From assembly GCA_965248755.1 (NCBI GenBank), contig OZ252149.1, positions 2,432,001-2,496,000 of the forward strand: a stretch of 64,000 bases of DNA, in the 5' to 3' direction. This document shows, in pieces, positions 39,488-50,172 of the stretch. The translations under genes were made by a program, and so were the position numbers. Within the stretch, counting starts at the first letter, position 1. Each line of letters starts with the position of its first letter. The notes under the pieces are model-generated. The model was not told the origin of the DNA. It worked only from the letters and a program-made list of their open reading frames with translations, and did no database searches. Source of the stretch: Candidatus Latescibacterota bacterium. Its GTDB lineage: Bacteria; Latescibacterota; CBDEFO01.

Positions 39488-40906
39488 CTACCGCATCAAC
39501 ACAAGCTTCCTTATCTTCACAAATTCTTCCGATCCATCCGTCTCCAACCGATACACATAGATTCCGCTGGCAAGACTCTTTCCACTATCATCTGTTCCAT
39601 CCCAGACTGTAGAGTGCCTTCCCGCATCCATCTGCTCATGTACCAATGTTGCAACCTTCTGTCCTATCATATTATAGATGGATACATCAACGTGGCTTTG
39701 AGCGGGAAGGTCGTAATGGATCACCGTCTCCGGGTTGAAGGGGTTAGGGAAGTTTTGATGCAATGCATAGGTGTCAGGAACATCGGAAACGCCATCAGAT
39801 TGGGGAATAACTACACTAAAAAGACCTTCGTTCAATTGAGCAGAGACTAGATCAATCCCCGATAGATCCACTCGGGGATCAATCTCACCAATAGTCTCAA
39901 TCTGCGAATCTACAGGCTCAAATATAATCTCACCAATCCTACCGCTGCCTTCAACTGATTCTACACCAGCAAACGATAGCCTTAATCTGCCATCTTGAGC
40001 ATTGTTGGCGAAAAGATAATCAGAGGTCAAGTGGGATGTTCTGGCATCTACGGCTTTGAGTTTGGCCGGATCAAAAGATAGTTCAAGTTGACCCGACAGG
40101 ACACCGTCCATTTCATCTATGAGGACAGGAACGACAAAGCGCCCATCAGGCAAAGCCTCTACATCACCTAAACTGATAATCCTTTTGGCAAGTACAGTCT
40201 TAGGGATGCCTCCTGTCTCAGCAGGAAACTGAGTTAATTGCCCAACAACGAACCTGAGTATCAAAGAGCCGTCAAAGGGACTTATAGTTCCGTCTCCACT
40301 GACATCAGCTGCTATAGTGTCAGAAATTACAAAGAGACCTACTGTGGATCTAAGCACCAAAGCAGCATCAAATGCCATCACCCTTCCGTTGTGGCTAACA
40401 TCTCCTACCAATCCAGAAACCTGCACAGATCCGCCCTGTAAAGCTGCCGCGGGATCGCCCTCGTTGAAGAAGAATCTCTCAAAAACCAATGCTGTAGAAT
40501 CGCCGATGACTGCCGATTCGGAGACTGCAAATCTGATAAAGATAAGGTCTCCCGATCCTGATAATATGTCGACTCCCATAGTCGCCATTGCAATCTTGAC
40601 GGTGTCTATAAGTGTTCCCATGCCCGTTACGACCGTGTCAGCTATCGCCCAACCTTCGCTCAGTGTCCCTCCCAACGCTACTTCTATTGCCTCTATTACA
40701 TCTGAATCGTAAGTGATATTCATTTGGACTGAGATAATTTCAAGCCCTGTTACGTCATCTTTGATAAGGACAGGAACTGAAACCGTATCGCCGATAGAGA
40801 TAGATGTGTCCGGAAGACTAACTGAGACTGTAACTACTTGAGAAGAAACACGCGCATTCAAAGCGACCAGCAGGATCAGAGCAGTAGAGAAAATTATATG
40901 CCTCAT
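39488..40906 (-). CDS. Secreted cohesin-dockerin-cohesin protein with FlgD/T9SS-type C-terminal domain
   Basis: Dockerin-like GDVSHNGRVMAFDA...ADVSGDGTISPFDG; QNFPNPFNPET...SGIYVYRL tail; AGGAGG RBS. Confidence 0.85.
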   Translation of the reverse strand: MRHIIFSTALILLVALNARVSSQVVTVSVSLPDTSISIGDTVSVPVLIKDDVTGLEIISVQMNITYDSDVIEAIEVALGGTLSEGWAIADTVVTGMGTLIDTVKIAMATMGVDILSGSGDLIFIRFAVSESAVIGDSTALVFERFFFNEGDPAAALQGGSVQVSGLVGDVSHNGRVMAFDAALVLRSTVGLFVISDTIAADVSGDGTISPFDGSLILRFVVGQLTQFPAETGGIPKTVLAKRIISLGDVEALPDGRFVVPVLIDEMDGVLSGQLELSFDPAKLKAVDARTSHLTSDYLFANNAQDGRLRLSFAGVESVEGSGRIGEIIFEPVDSQIETIGEIDPRVDLSGIDLVSAQLNEGLFSVVIPQSDGVSDVPDTYALHQNFPNPFNPETVIHYDLPAQSHVDVSIYNMIGQKVATLVHEQMDAGRHSTVWDGTDDSGKSLASGIYVYRLETDGSEEFVKIRKLVLMR

Positions 40907-41024
40907 TTTGAGTCCTCCTTTGGTCTATAAAATACTGACTATGACTATACTACTGAAGCCCGGTTGAATTTATGTCACTTCCCCATCTGTGGGCTGAAGA
41001 TGGCTTTATGATGTCGAAATGAGC

Positions 41025-43442
41025 CTATCTCATCAAGATCAGCTTTCTCGTTTTCACGAATCCATCCGCCTCTATCCGATACAGATACACGCCGCTGGCA
41101 AGACTTCTTTGGTTGTTATCTTTGCCATCCCAGACTATAGAGTGTCTGCCTGCATCCATCTCCTTATCCATCAATATCGCTACCCTCTGTCCTATCATAT
41201 TATAGACAGATATGTCAACGTGGCTTCGGAGCAGAAGGTCGTAATGGATCACCGTCTCAGGATTAAACGGATTGGGATAGTTCTGATACAATGAATAGCT
41301 GTCAGGGATATCGGAGATCGCTTCAAATTGGGGAATAACAACACTGAAGAGCCCTTCGTTCAATTGAGCGGAGAGTAGAGCAATCTCACTGATAGCCTCA
41401 ATTTCCGAATCTACCGGCTCAAATATAATCTCTGCGATCCTACCGCTGCCATGAACCGATTCTACCCCGGCAAACGATAGCTTCAATCTGCCATTTTGAG
41501 CATTATGGGCGAAAAGATAATCAGAGGTCAAGTCAGATGTTCTGGCATCTACGGCTTTGAGTTTGGTCGGATCAAAAGACAGTTCAAGCTGACCTGACAA
41601 TACACCGTCCATTTCGTCTATGAGAACAGCGACAGTAAAGCGTCCATCAGGCAAAGCCTTTATGTTACCTAAACTGATAATCCTTTCGGCAAGTACGACC
41701 TTAGGAGTACCAGCAGGAAATACGCTTATTTTCCCAATAACAAACCTGAGTATCAACGACGCATCAAAGGCACTTATAGTGCTATCTCCACTGACATCCG
41801 CTGCAACAGTGTCAGAGATTGCAAAGAGACCAACTGCGGATTTAAGAACCAAAGCAGCATCAAATGCCGTTACCTCTCCATTGCGGCTGACATCTCCTAC
41901 TAACCCAGTAACTCGCACAGACCCATCCGCTGTAATTGCCGCTGGATCGCCTTCGTTGAAGAAGAATCTCTCAAAGACCAATGCTGTAGAATCACCGATG
42001 ACTGCCGAATCGGAGACTACAAACTTGATAAAGACAAGATTTCCAGACCCTGATAATGTGTCAGGTCCCGGAGCTACCATTACAATCTTGACTGTGTCTG
42101 TAGATGTTCCAATGCCTGTTGTGACTGTGTCATCTTTCACCCAACCTACGGTCAGTGTGTCTCCTAACTCTATCGCTACTACCTTTATTACATTTGAATC
42201 GTAACTGATATTCATCTGGGCTGAGATAATTCCAAGCCCTGTCACGTCCTCTTCGATAACAACAGGGACTGAAAGCGTATCACCGATAATAGTAGAGATA
42301 GATGTGTCCGGAAGACTGACTGGAACAGGTCCCTCCACCTTACGTATCCGGTGATTGTTTGTATCCCCGATATAGATATTGCCCGATACATCCACGAATA
42401 CGCCATGAGGACCATTCAAACTTGCATTGGTAGCTTGACCTCCATCACCGGAAGATCCAGCAGCGCCATTTCCCGCCACGGTAGAGATGTTGCCAGCTGC
42501 ATCCACTTTACGTATCCGGTGATTGACAAATTCCGCAGTATAGATATTGCCCAGTCCATCAACGAATACGCCAAGAGGATTATTCAAGCTCGCACTGGTA
42601 GCTGGACCTCCATCACCGGAAAATCCAGCAGTGCCATTTCCTGCAACGGTGGAGATGATGCCCGACGTATCCACCTTACGTATCCGGTGATTGTTCTGAT
42701 CCGCAATATAGATATTGCCCGATCCATCCACGAATACGCCAAAAGGCACATTCAAGCTCGCACTGGTAGCTGGACCTCCATCACCGGAAAATGCAAAAGT
42801 GCCATTTCCTGCCACGGTATTGATGATGCCCGACGTATCCACCTTACGTATCCGGTGATTGTTTGTATCCCCGATATAGATATTGCCCGATACATCCACG
42901 AATACGCCACGAGGATTATTTAAACTCGCACTGGTAGCTGGACCTCCATCACCGGAAAATCCCTGGGTGCCATTTCCTGCCACGGTGGAGATGATGCCTG
43001 AAGTATCCACCTTGCGTATCCGGTGATTGGTCTCATCCGCAATATAGATATTGCCCAATCCATCCACGAATACGTCACGAGGACCATTCAAACTTGCACT
43101 GGTAGCTGGACCTCCATCACCGGCAAATCCAGCAGTGCCATTTCCCGCCACGGTGGAGATGATGCCCGAGGTATCCACTTTACGTATCCGGTGATTTCCA
43201 AATTCCGCAGTATAGACATTCCCGAATCCATCCACGAACGTGCCCATAGGCTTATTCAAGCTCGCACTGGTAGCTGCACTTCCATCACCGGAAAATCCCT
43301 GGGTGCCATTTCCTGCCACGGTGGAGATGTCTCCCGGTGCAGCAGCAACGGAAGGGACAAAACCAAACATCCAAAAGCCCAAAACCAAAATACTAATCAT
43401 GCTCTCTCTAAAGTAATTCTTTCTCATAGTGTACACCCCCAT
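41025..43442 (-). CDS. NHL-repeat + cohesin-dockerin-cohesin + FlgD/T9SS-tail surface protein
   Basis: Six ISTVAGNG...GDGGPATSASLN.P...NHRIRKVD repeats; start may be 43427. Confidence 0.88.
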   Translation of the reverse strand: MGVYTMRKNYFRESMISILVLGFWMFGFVPSVAAAPGDISTVAGNGTQGFSGDGSAATSASLNKPMGTFVDGFGNVYTAEFGNHRIRKVDTSGIISTVAGNGTAGFAGDGGPATSASLNGPRDVFVDGLGNIYIADETNHRIRKVDTSGIISTVAGNGTQGFSGDGGPATSASLNNPRGVFVDVSGNIYIGDTNNHRIRKVDTSGIINTVAGNGTFAFSGDGGPATSASLNVPFGVFVDGSGNIYIADQNNHRIRKVDTSGIISTVAGNGTAGFSGDGGPATSASLNNPLGVFVDGLGNIYTAEFVNHRIRKVDAAGNISTVAGNGAAGSSGDGGQATNASLNGPHGVFVDVSGNIYIGDTNNHRIRKVEGPVPVSLPDTSISTIIGDTLSVPVVIEEDVTGLGIISAQMNISYDSNVIKVVAIELGDTLTVGWVKDDTVTTGIGTSTDTVKIVMVAPGPDTLSGSGNLVFIKFVVSDSAVIGDSTALVFERFFFNEGDPAAITADGSVRVTGLVGDVSRNGEVTAFDAALVLKSAVGLFAISDTVAADVSGDSTISAFDASLILRFVIGKISVFPAGTPKVVLAERIISLGNIKALPDGRFTVAVLIDEMDGVLSGQLELSFDPTKLKAVDARTSDLTSDYLFAHNAQNGRLKLSFAGVESVHGSGRIAEIIFEPVDSEIEAISEIALLSAQLNEGLFSVVIPQFEAISDIPDSYSLYQNYPNPFNPETVIHYDLLLRSHVDISVYNMIGQRVAILMDKEMDAGRHSIVWDGKDNNQRSLASGVYLYRIEADGFVKTRKLILMR

Positions 43443-43586
43443 AGTTTTCGGCTGACGGCATAGTCCGTCGGGTTTGACAGGATATTGACTGTACTAAAGC
43501 CTGAGCGAATTTGCGTCACTTTCCTTTGCGTAGGCTGAAGATGGCAAATATACGTTTGAATGTAACCCCCTAGCAATGAAAGGAAC

Positions 43587-46274
43587 TTATCTCATCAAGA
43601 TCAGCTTCCTCGTTTTCACGAATCCATCAGCGTCTATCCGATACAGATACACGCCGCTGGCAAGACTTCTTTGGTTGTTATCTTTGCCATCCCAGACTAT
43701 AGAGTGTCTGCCTGCATCCATCTCCTTATCCACCAATATCGCTACCCTCTGTCCTATCATATTATAGACAGATATGTCAACGTGACTTCGGAGGGGAAGG
43801 TCGTAATGGATCACAGTCTCAGGATTGAACGGATTGGGATAGTTCTGATACAATGAATAGCTGTCAGGAACATCGGAAACGTCTTCAGATTGGAGAATAA
43901 CTACACTAAAAAGACCTTCGTTCAATTGAGCAAAGATTAGATCAATCCCTCTAATAGCCTCAATTTCCAAATCGACAGGCTCAAATATAATCTCTGCGAT
44001 CCTACCGCTGCCTTGAACCGATTCTACGCCGGCAAACGATAGCCTTAATCTTCCATCTTGCGCGTTATGGGCGAAAAGATAATCGGAAGTCAAGTCTGAT
44101 GTCATAGCATCTACGGCTTTGAGTTTGGCCGGATCAAAAGACAGTTCAAGCTGACCTGACAATACACCGTCCATTTCGTCTATGAGAACAGCGACAGTAA
44201 AGCGTCCATCAGGCAAAGCCTTTATGTTACCTAAACTGATAATCCTTTCGGCAAGTACGACCTTAGGAGTACCAGCAGGGAATACGGTTATTTTCCCGAT
44301 AATAAACCTGAGCGTCAAAGAGGCATCAAAGGCACTTATGGTGCTATCTCCACTTACGTCCGCTGTTATAGTGTCAGAAATTACATAGAGACCGACTGTG
44401 GATTTAAGTATCAAAGCGGCATCAAATGCTGTTACCTCTCCGTTGCGGCTGACATCTCCTACTAACCCAGTAACTCGCACAGACCCGTTCTGTGTAATTG
44501 CCGCTGGATCGCCTTCGTTGAAGAAGAATCTCTCAAAGACCAATGCTGTAGAATCACGCAAGACTGCCGAACCAGAGACTATAAACTTGATAAGGACAAG
44601 ATTTCCAGATCCTGATAATGTGTCGGGTCCTGGAGCCGCCATTACAATCTTGACTGTGTCTATAGATGTTCCAATGCCTGTTGCGACTGTGTCATCTGTC
44701 ACCCAACCTTCGGCCAGTGTCCCTCCCAACGCTACCTCTATTGCCTTTATTACATTTGAATTGTAACTGATATTCATCTGGGCTGAGATGATTCCACTCC
44801 CTGTCACGTTCGCTTCGATCACAACAGGGACTGAAAGCGTATCACCGATAATAGTAGAGATAGATGTGTCCGGAAGACTGACCGGAATCGGAGTAAAGGT
44901 AAAACCGCTAAAGAGCGTGTCTGCCTGACCGTCGGAATTTGTGACTATCACGTCCACAGAGCCACCAGGATGAGGGGGTGTGTTGGCAGTAATGATGCTA
45001 TCCGACGATACGACCACATTTGTAGCTGCACTATCACCGAAAGTAACAGTCGCTCCACTTCTGAAATCGCGCCCCGTTATCGTCACAGACGTACCGCCCG
45101 ATTGTGTGCCGGAAGTGGGACTAATAGATGTTACAGCAGGTGCTGGGAATCCCTCTACCTTACGTATCCGGTGATTGAACGAATCCGCAATATAGATATT
45201 GCCCAATCCATCCACAAATACGCCCTGAGGAGCATTCAAACTTGCACTGGTAGCTGGACCACCATCACCGGAAAATGCTGCAGTGCCATTTCCTGCTACG
45301 GTATTGATGATGCCCGACGTATCTACCTTACGTATCCGGTGATTGCCCTTATCCGTAATATGGATATTGCCCAATCCATCCACGAATAAGCGAATAGGCT
45401 GATTCAAACTGGCACTGGTAGCTTGACCACCATCACCGGAAAATGCTGCAGTGCCATTTCCTACTACGGTATTGATGATGCCCGACGTATCCACCTTACG
45501 TATCCGGTGATTGTTAAAATCCGCGATATACATGTTGCCCAATCCATCCACGAATACATCAGTAGGACTAAACAAGCTCGCACTGGTAGCTTGACCAGCA
45601 TCACCGGAAAATGCAAAAGTTCCATTTCCTGCCACGGTATTGATGATGCCTGACGTATCCACTTTACGTATCCGTTGATTTTCATTATCCGCTATATAGA
45701 TATTGCCCGATCCATCCACGAATAAGCCAGAAGGAGAATCCAAACTGGCACTGGTGGCTGGACCGCCATCGCCCCCAAAAGAACCGTTGACACCACCAGC
45801 CCCATTTCCTGCCACGGTGGAGATGATGCCCGACGTATCCACCTTACGTATCCGGTGATTGCCCGTATCAGAAATATAGATAACCCCCAATCCATCCACG
45901 AATACGTCATAAGGGAATCTCAAGCTCGCACTGGTAGCTGGACCACCATCACCGGAAAATGCTTCAGTACCATTTCCTGCCACGGTGGAGATGATGCCCG
46001 ACGTATCCACCTTACGTATCCGGTGATTAGAATGTTCCGCAATATAGATATTGCCCGCACCATCCACGAATACGCCCAAAGGACTATTCATACTTGCACT
46101 CGTAGCTGGACCACCATCACCGGAAAATCCAGCAGTGCCATTTCCTGCTACGGTGGAGATGTCTCCCGGTGCAGCAGCAACGGAAGGGACAAATCCAAAC
46201 ATCCAAAAGCCCAGAACGAACACGCTAATCAGAATCTCGTTGAAGTGATTCTTTTTCATGGAGTACACCCCCAC
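43587..46274 (-). CDS. NHL-repeat + IPT/TIG + cohesin-dockerin-cohesin + FlgD/T9SS-tail surface protein
   Basis: Paralog of 41025-43442 with extra PAVTSISPTSG...GGTSVTITG IPT/TIG domain. Confidence 0.88.
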   Translation of the reverse strand: MGVYSMKKNHFNEILISVFVLGFWMFGFVPSVAAAPGDISTVAGNGTAGFSGDGGPATSASMNSPLGVFVDGAGNIYIAEHSNHRIRKVDTSGIISTVAGNGTEAFSGDGGPATSASLRFPYDVFVDGLGVIYISDTGNHRIRKVDTSGIISTVAGNGAGGVNGSFGGDGGPATSASLDSPSGLFVDGSGNIYIADNENQRIRKVDTSGIINTVAGNGTFAFSGDAGQATSASLFSPTDVFVDGLGNMYIADFNNHRIRKVDTSGIINTVVGNGTAAFSGDGGQATSASLNQPIRLFVDGLGNIHITDKGNHRIRKVDTSGIINTVAGNGTAAFSGDGGPATSASLNAPQGVFVDGLGNIYIADSFNHRIRKVEGFPAPAVTSISPTSGTQSGGTSVTITGRDFRSGATVTFGDSAATNVVVSSDSIITANTPPHPGGSVDVIVTNSDGQADTLFSGFTFTPIPVSLPDTSISTIIGDTLSVPVVIEANVTGSGIISAQMNISYNSNVIKAIEVALGGTLAEGWVTDDTVATGIGTSIDTVKIVMAAPGPDTLSGSGNLVLIKFIVSGSAVLRDSTALVFERFFFNEGDPAAITQNGSVRVTGLVGDVSRNGEVTAFDAALILKSTVGLYVISDTITADVSGDSTISAFDASLTLRFIIGKITVFPAGTPKVVLAERIISLGNIKALPDGRFTVAVLIDEMDGVLSGQLELSFDPAKLKAVDAMTSDLTSDYLFAHNAQDGRLRLSFAGVESVQGSGRIAEIIFEPVDLEIEAIRGIDLIFAQLNEGLFSVVILQSEDVSDVPDSYSLYQNYPNPFNPETVIHYDLPLRSHVDISVYNMIGQRVAILVDKEMDAGRHSIVWDGKDNNQRSLASGVYLYRIDADGFVKTRKLILMR

Positions 46275-46827
46275 AATTTCCTTATGAATTAAAATCGATA
46301 TCTCTCAACAGCATAGCCCTAACGCATCAGTGGTTAGATATCTTATATCGGCAACAATTTAGTAACTATCCGATAAGACCTTTCGATGCAATAAGCGTGT
46401 TGGGGAAATAACCCGAGCTGATAAATAATCTTTTCAAAACGAGCATGGACTTTGTACAGATCAAATCCGATCCATTGCCTTACCACCAATCTGCTTTTTG
46501 CTCGGATCAGGATATGGAAACACCGCAAAAGATATTACCATAAATATATGCAAATTCTAAATCTTTGTCAAATTGTTTGCGATTATATCTTTATATTTTA
46601 CAATTCTTTATTATTTGTCCACTATTCTACCAATACTACAAAAGGATATGTAAAGTTTGCTAGGAAGGCGCCAAAGCTTTAATTATACCTATCGCTAATT
46701 ACCAAAACGAAAGCGATCGGTTTCTGACAGTCTCTGTTTTAATACTGGCTAAGCTTTTGTGCAAAAGATTTTTGGAAGACGAACGGAAAGAGAAGGTTGC
46801 TGAGTGTTCCCGTGTGAGTAGAAAGCG

Positions 46828-48519
46828 TCAAGCAGGGATTTGTACTGGGATAACCTCAGGAAGAAGAGTGATTCTGGTATGACCTTTTGCTACTCGTTTA
46901 ATTTCCAGCCTTGACTTATCCCACAAAAGTACGCTTTGGGACATCGATCCGGGGTGCCAGATACACGAATCCCGACTAACCTTTTCCCCCAAAGTTGGTA
47001 ACTTGGGAAACATTGTCGAGTTTCCAAATAGAGCTAAGCGAATTTCCTGAGGTGTCCAGACAATCAGGTTGATCTGAAGCATTATCAACTCTTTCTTCTC
47101 CTCAGGTGTTGCTTCGGTAAAAAGCTCGGAGAAGGTCGTGAGCCTACCTTTCAAGGTATTGGCATTTACGACCTTTCTCTTTGCCTCTATCATCTCCATC
47201 TCCAGCTTCTGTATCTCTTCACCCAACTGTTCTTTTCGTTCCTCCAACTCAACAATCTTCTGACTCACTGATTTGATCTGCACCTTCCCATCGGCTAGGC
47301 TTTCAACTAAGGTGTTGATTCTCTGCTCTATGCTGCCCCGGTGTTCGGACAGCCGATCCTTTGCCTCTGTCAATTCCTGTAGAAAACCCGAAGATTGGGC
47401 GGTAGCATTTTGGACCATCTCCGATACAAGGTTGGGGTCTTCCTTCAGCTGTACCAACCGTTTTACAATCACATCTTCTAATGCTGCTGCGGGAACAGAG
47501 CTCATCCGGAACTCTTTATTTCCAAGATGCTGCGTTTTCGTACAGGTATAATAGAAGTAAGGTTTCCTCTCGTGGTTGTAAACAAAGTAGGGTGTCATAA
47601 AGGCATTGCACTCCCCACATCGGACAAGCCCCTGCAGAATAAAGAGGTGTTTGGTATGTTTCCTTCCCCTGGACTGCTTCACCTGATTGGACTGAATGAT
47701 CCTCTGCACCTTTTCAAACAATTCCTCTGGCACGATGGGCTTATGCTTCCCGTCGTAGCAATTGCCTTTGTGAACCACTTTGCCGATGTAATAGGGGTTT
47801 TGAAGAACCCTGCTGACGTGAGTGTCTATAAACTTCGTCCCGCCGTGTACCTGCCCTCGGCGTGATGTATAGGATTTGGTCCGGTAGCCCTTGGCATTGA
47901 TGATATTGGCAACCCTCATAAAGGATTTCTCTTTCACATAGGTTTCAAAGATCAACATCACGAGTTTCTTTTCTTCCTCATTCACTTTAAGGATTCCCGG
48001 ATTGTCAGGATCAATGTCATAACCGAGAATCTGTCCACCACTACTCAGTCCCTGTTCTGCTCTCCACTGCATCTTCTCCCTGGTGCGGCTTGCTGTCTGC
48101 TCCCGTTCAAGTTCCGCAGCAGCAAGAGTAATTTTCAGGGCAAAGCGACCTATAGGTGTGGAGGTGTCCCAATTCTCATTAAGTGAGATAAACGTAACTT
48201 CGTATTCTTCCAGTAGCTCGTGGAAATGGTAGAAGTCCATTAACGAACGACTAATCCGATCTATTTTGGTGCAGAGAATAGCGTTGACCTTTCCATTCTT
48301 AATATCTTGGATCATATGTTGGTATTCAGGTCTGTCTGTGTTCTTGCCTGACTTTCCTTCCTCACGATACGTGGCAACAGTTCTCCAATCTTCTCCTGTC
48401 GAGCTGTTCTTGATCTCCACATACTTTTTCAGGATGTCAAGCTGTGTGTCTAGAGAACCATCTTTTTTATGTGCTTGAAGCTCAGTCGAGACCCTAACAT
48501 AGAGTCCACACTTCTTCAT
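46828..48519 (-). CDS. Large serine recombinase 2 (intact)
   Basis: YVRVSTELQ, IDRISRS, recombinase domain, LQGLVRCGEC Zn ribbon, coiled coil; AAGGAG RBS; last 42 aa encoded by junction repeat 3 (46828-46957). Confidence 0.95.
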   Translation of the reverse strand: MKKCGLYVRVSTELQAHKKDGSLDTQLDILKKYVEIKNSSTGEDWRTVATYREEGKSGKNTDRPEYQHMIQDIKNGKVNAILCTKIDRISRSLMDFYHFHELLEEYEVTFISLNENWDTSTPIGRFALKITLAAAELEREQTASRTREKMQWRAEQGLSSGGQILGYDIDPDNPGILKVNEEEKKLVMLIFETYVKEKSFMRVANIINAKGYRTKSYTSRRGQVHGGTKFIDTHVSRVLQNPYYIGKVVHKGNCYDGKHKPIVPEELFEKVQRIIQSNQVKQSRGRKHTKHLFILQGLVRCGECNAFMTPYFVYNHERKPYFYYTCTKTQHLGNKEFRMSSVPAAALEDVIVKRLVQLKEDPNLVSEMVQNATAQSSGFLQELTEAKDRLSEHRGSIEQRINTLVESLADGKVQIKSVSQKIVELEERKEQLGEEIQKLEMEMIEAKRKVVNANTLKGRLTTFSELFTEATPEEKKELIMLQINLIVWTPQEIRLALFGNSTMFPKLPTLGEKVSRDSCIWHPGSMSQSVLLWDKSRLEIKRVAKGHTRITLLPEVIPVQIPA

Positions 48520-48645
48520 TGCTCACTCCTTATCGTCAAGTCTGTTCTAGAAAGTATTTTACTATTAGAAAAGTGAGAATAACAATTTGTTTTATCAATA
48601 GGTTAAATATAATTCAAGCCAACGCTCAAGTCAAGCAAAATCAGG

Positions 48646-48681
48646 GTACAAACTAACATACTGAAGTATGTTAGTTTGTAC
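48646..48681. promoter_or_regulatory. Perfect 16-bp inverted repeat upstream of LSR2
   Basis: GTACAAACTAACATAC-TGAA-GTATGTTAGTTTGTAC. Confidence 0.6.
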
Positions 48682-48720
48682 TTTTATCAACTATCCTTAA
48701 GTATATCTCTTGATATAAAG

Positions 48721-50114
48721 GTCAAGTCCTATTTTTAGTTGAAATTAGTCGGGCTCCGATCGTAACGTCATGCTGATAACGCTTCTTTAGAGAGATTCAA
48801 TTCTTTCTGAATAGCTTGTCTCATCAGGGGCAAATAGCTCGTCCCCTTCACTTTTCGCAATCGAGGTTCAATATCCAGAAGAGCACTGGCCAGCCATCGG
48901 CATCGCTGATGTGAATTTTTCCATACTTTAACGTTTCTTGTCAGTTGAGCAACCTGACTGTTTATGGATTCGAGGCAGTTGGTCGTTCTGAAACTGGTCT
49001 TCAAGTAAGGAAACAGACCTAACCGGTGAAGAGTTAAGGTCTCCTCGAAACCCTCTTCCAGACTCTTCAAAGCCGACCGGTTCGTCAAGACTAATTCGGG
49101 TTTGAGAGCATTCAATGCTCTTTTAGCTCCTTCGTAGGTCTCCTGATTATAAGCACCCTGAAGCTTTCGCCGCATATTGGCCTGCTGGTTCTTGGGAAGA
49201 TAGGAGACCACATTTTCTCGTTTATGCCACTGACATCTTTGAACACAGACATAGCCTTTCAGTGGTTTGACGATGGCGTTATATAGCCCTTTGGATCCAT
49301 CTACTATGACTAAAAGACCGACTTCATAGCGCAATCCACGGTCAATGAGACTTCGGATAAACTGTCGGCAGACCCGTTCGTTCTCTGTGGCTGCCTGAAT
49401 AAACCCAAGGGCAACCTTTTCACCGTCGATTGTAATACCTAGAGCAATGAGCATCTCCTGATCGGCAAAGGTCTTCCCGTCGATAAATAGAGCCACCAAA
49501 TCATACTGCTGTAGGGACCGCTCCTGGAACTCTTTAAGCTTACGAGCCGAAGCCTTGATAAAACGCCGTGATACACTCGAGGAAGATAGACCAAAGGCAC
49601 CGGGGATCGCCTCGGCACAAGCTTCATACTCTCGAGAGGAGATACCTTTCAGAACACGAAGCAGCAAACCCTCATCTATCTTTCGAGGCACTTGCAGAGC
49701 TTGATAAGACTCCAAAGACACTTCGGCGTTGGCATCTACATTGCGCACCCGAGGCACCGAAACAGGAAGCTTCTGATCTGCCAGATAGACCGATCCGTTT
49801 TGTCTACCCCAACGACGATGAGGAACCTCAACCCCTTTACGACTATATCGTGTTCCCACTAAACCGACAACCTCCTGTTGCAATAAATCGCTTACGGCTT
49901 CCAGTCCCAAGGGAATTAACTCCTGAATCAAAGCAACGCGAACATCTACAGCCTGAAACTCTTTTTCAACAGACTTGACTTTCGAGGAGTTAGAACTTAT
50001 TTTTCTCATCACGGGCTCCTTGAGTTAAAGATATGAAGTTTTCATGCAAACTTCTATTCCATATCTAATTTAACCTTGGAGCCTTCTCTATTTTAACTAA
50101 TTTAGGGACATCCC
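48721..50114 (-). mobile_element. IS256-family insertion sequence
   Basis: Imperfect terminal inverted repeats around the transposase; ends approximate, no target duplication seen. Confidence 0.82.
48768..50012 (-). CDS. IS256-family (mutator) transposase
   Basis: LFIDGK, IVDGSKGL, QRCQWHK, RTTNCLESIN. Confidence 0.92.
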   Translation of the reverse strand: MMRKISSNSSKVKSVEKEFQAVDVRVALIQELIPLGLEAVSDLLQQEVVGLVGTRYSRKGVEVPHRRWGRQNGSVYLADQKLPVSVPRVRNVDANAEVSLESYQALQVPRKIDEGLLLRVLKGISSREYEACAEAIPGAFGLSSSSVSRRFIKASARKLKEFQERSLQQYDLVALFIDGKTFADQEMLIALGITIDGEKVALGFIQAATENERVCRQFIRSLIDRGLRYEVGLLVIVDGSKGLYNAIVKPLKGYVCVQRCQWHKRENVVSYLPKNQQANMRRKLQGAYNQETYEGAKRALNALKPELVLTNRSALKSLEEGFEETLTLHRLGLFPYLKTSFRTTNCLESINSQVAQLTRNVKVWKNSHQRCRWLASALLDIEPRLRKVKGTSYLPLMRQAIQKELNLSKEALSA

Positions 50115-50172
50115 CTCTCTACTTCCTTTTCCAATAAGGGTCTTAATCTGTCAAATGTTTCTTCTACCATCT

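Noticed and set aside
43445..43545. c-di-GMP-I riboswitch-like GACGCAAA upstream of an NHL gene (similar sequence at 40952-41004)
   Set aside because: The GGCAAAC-stem-GAAA-stem part is missing; similarity is explainable by paralog duplication
46940..46960. tRNA gene at the junction core
   Set aside because: Only a 3'-end-like fragment; no cloverleaf can be formed
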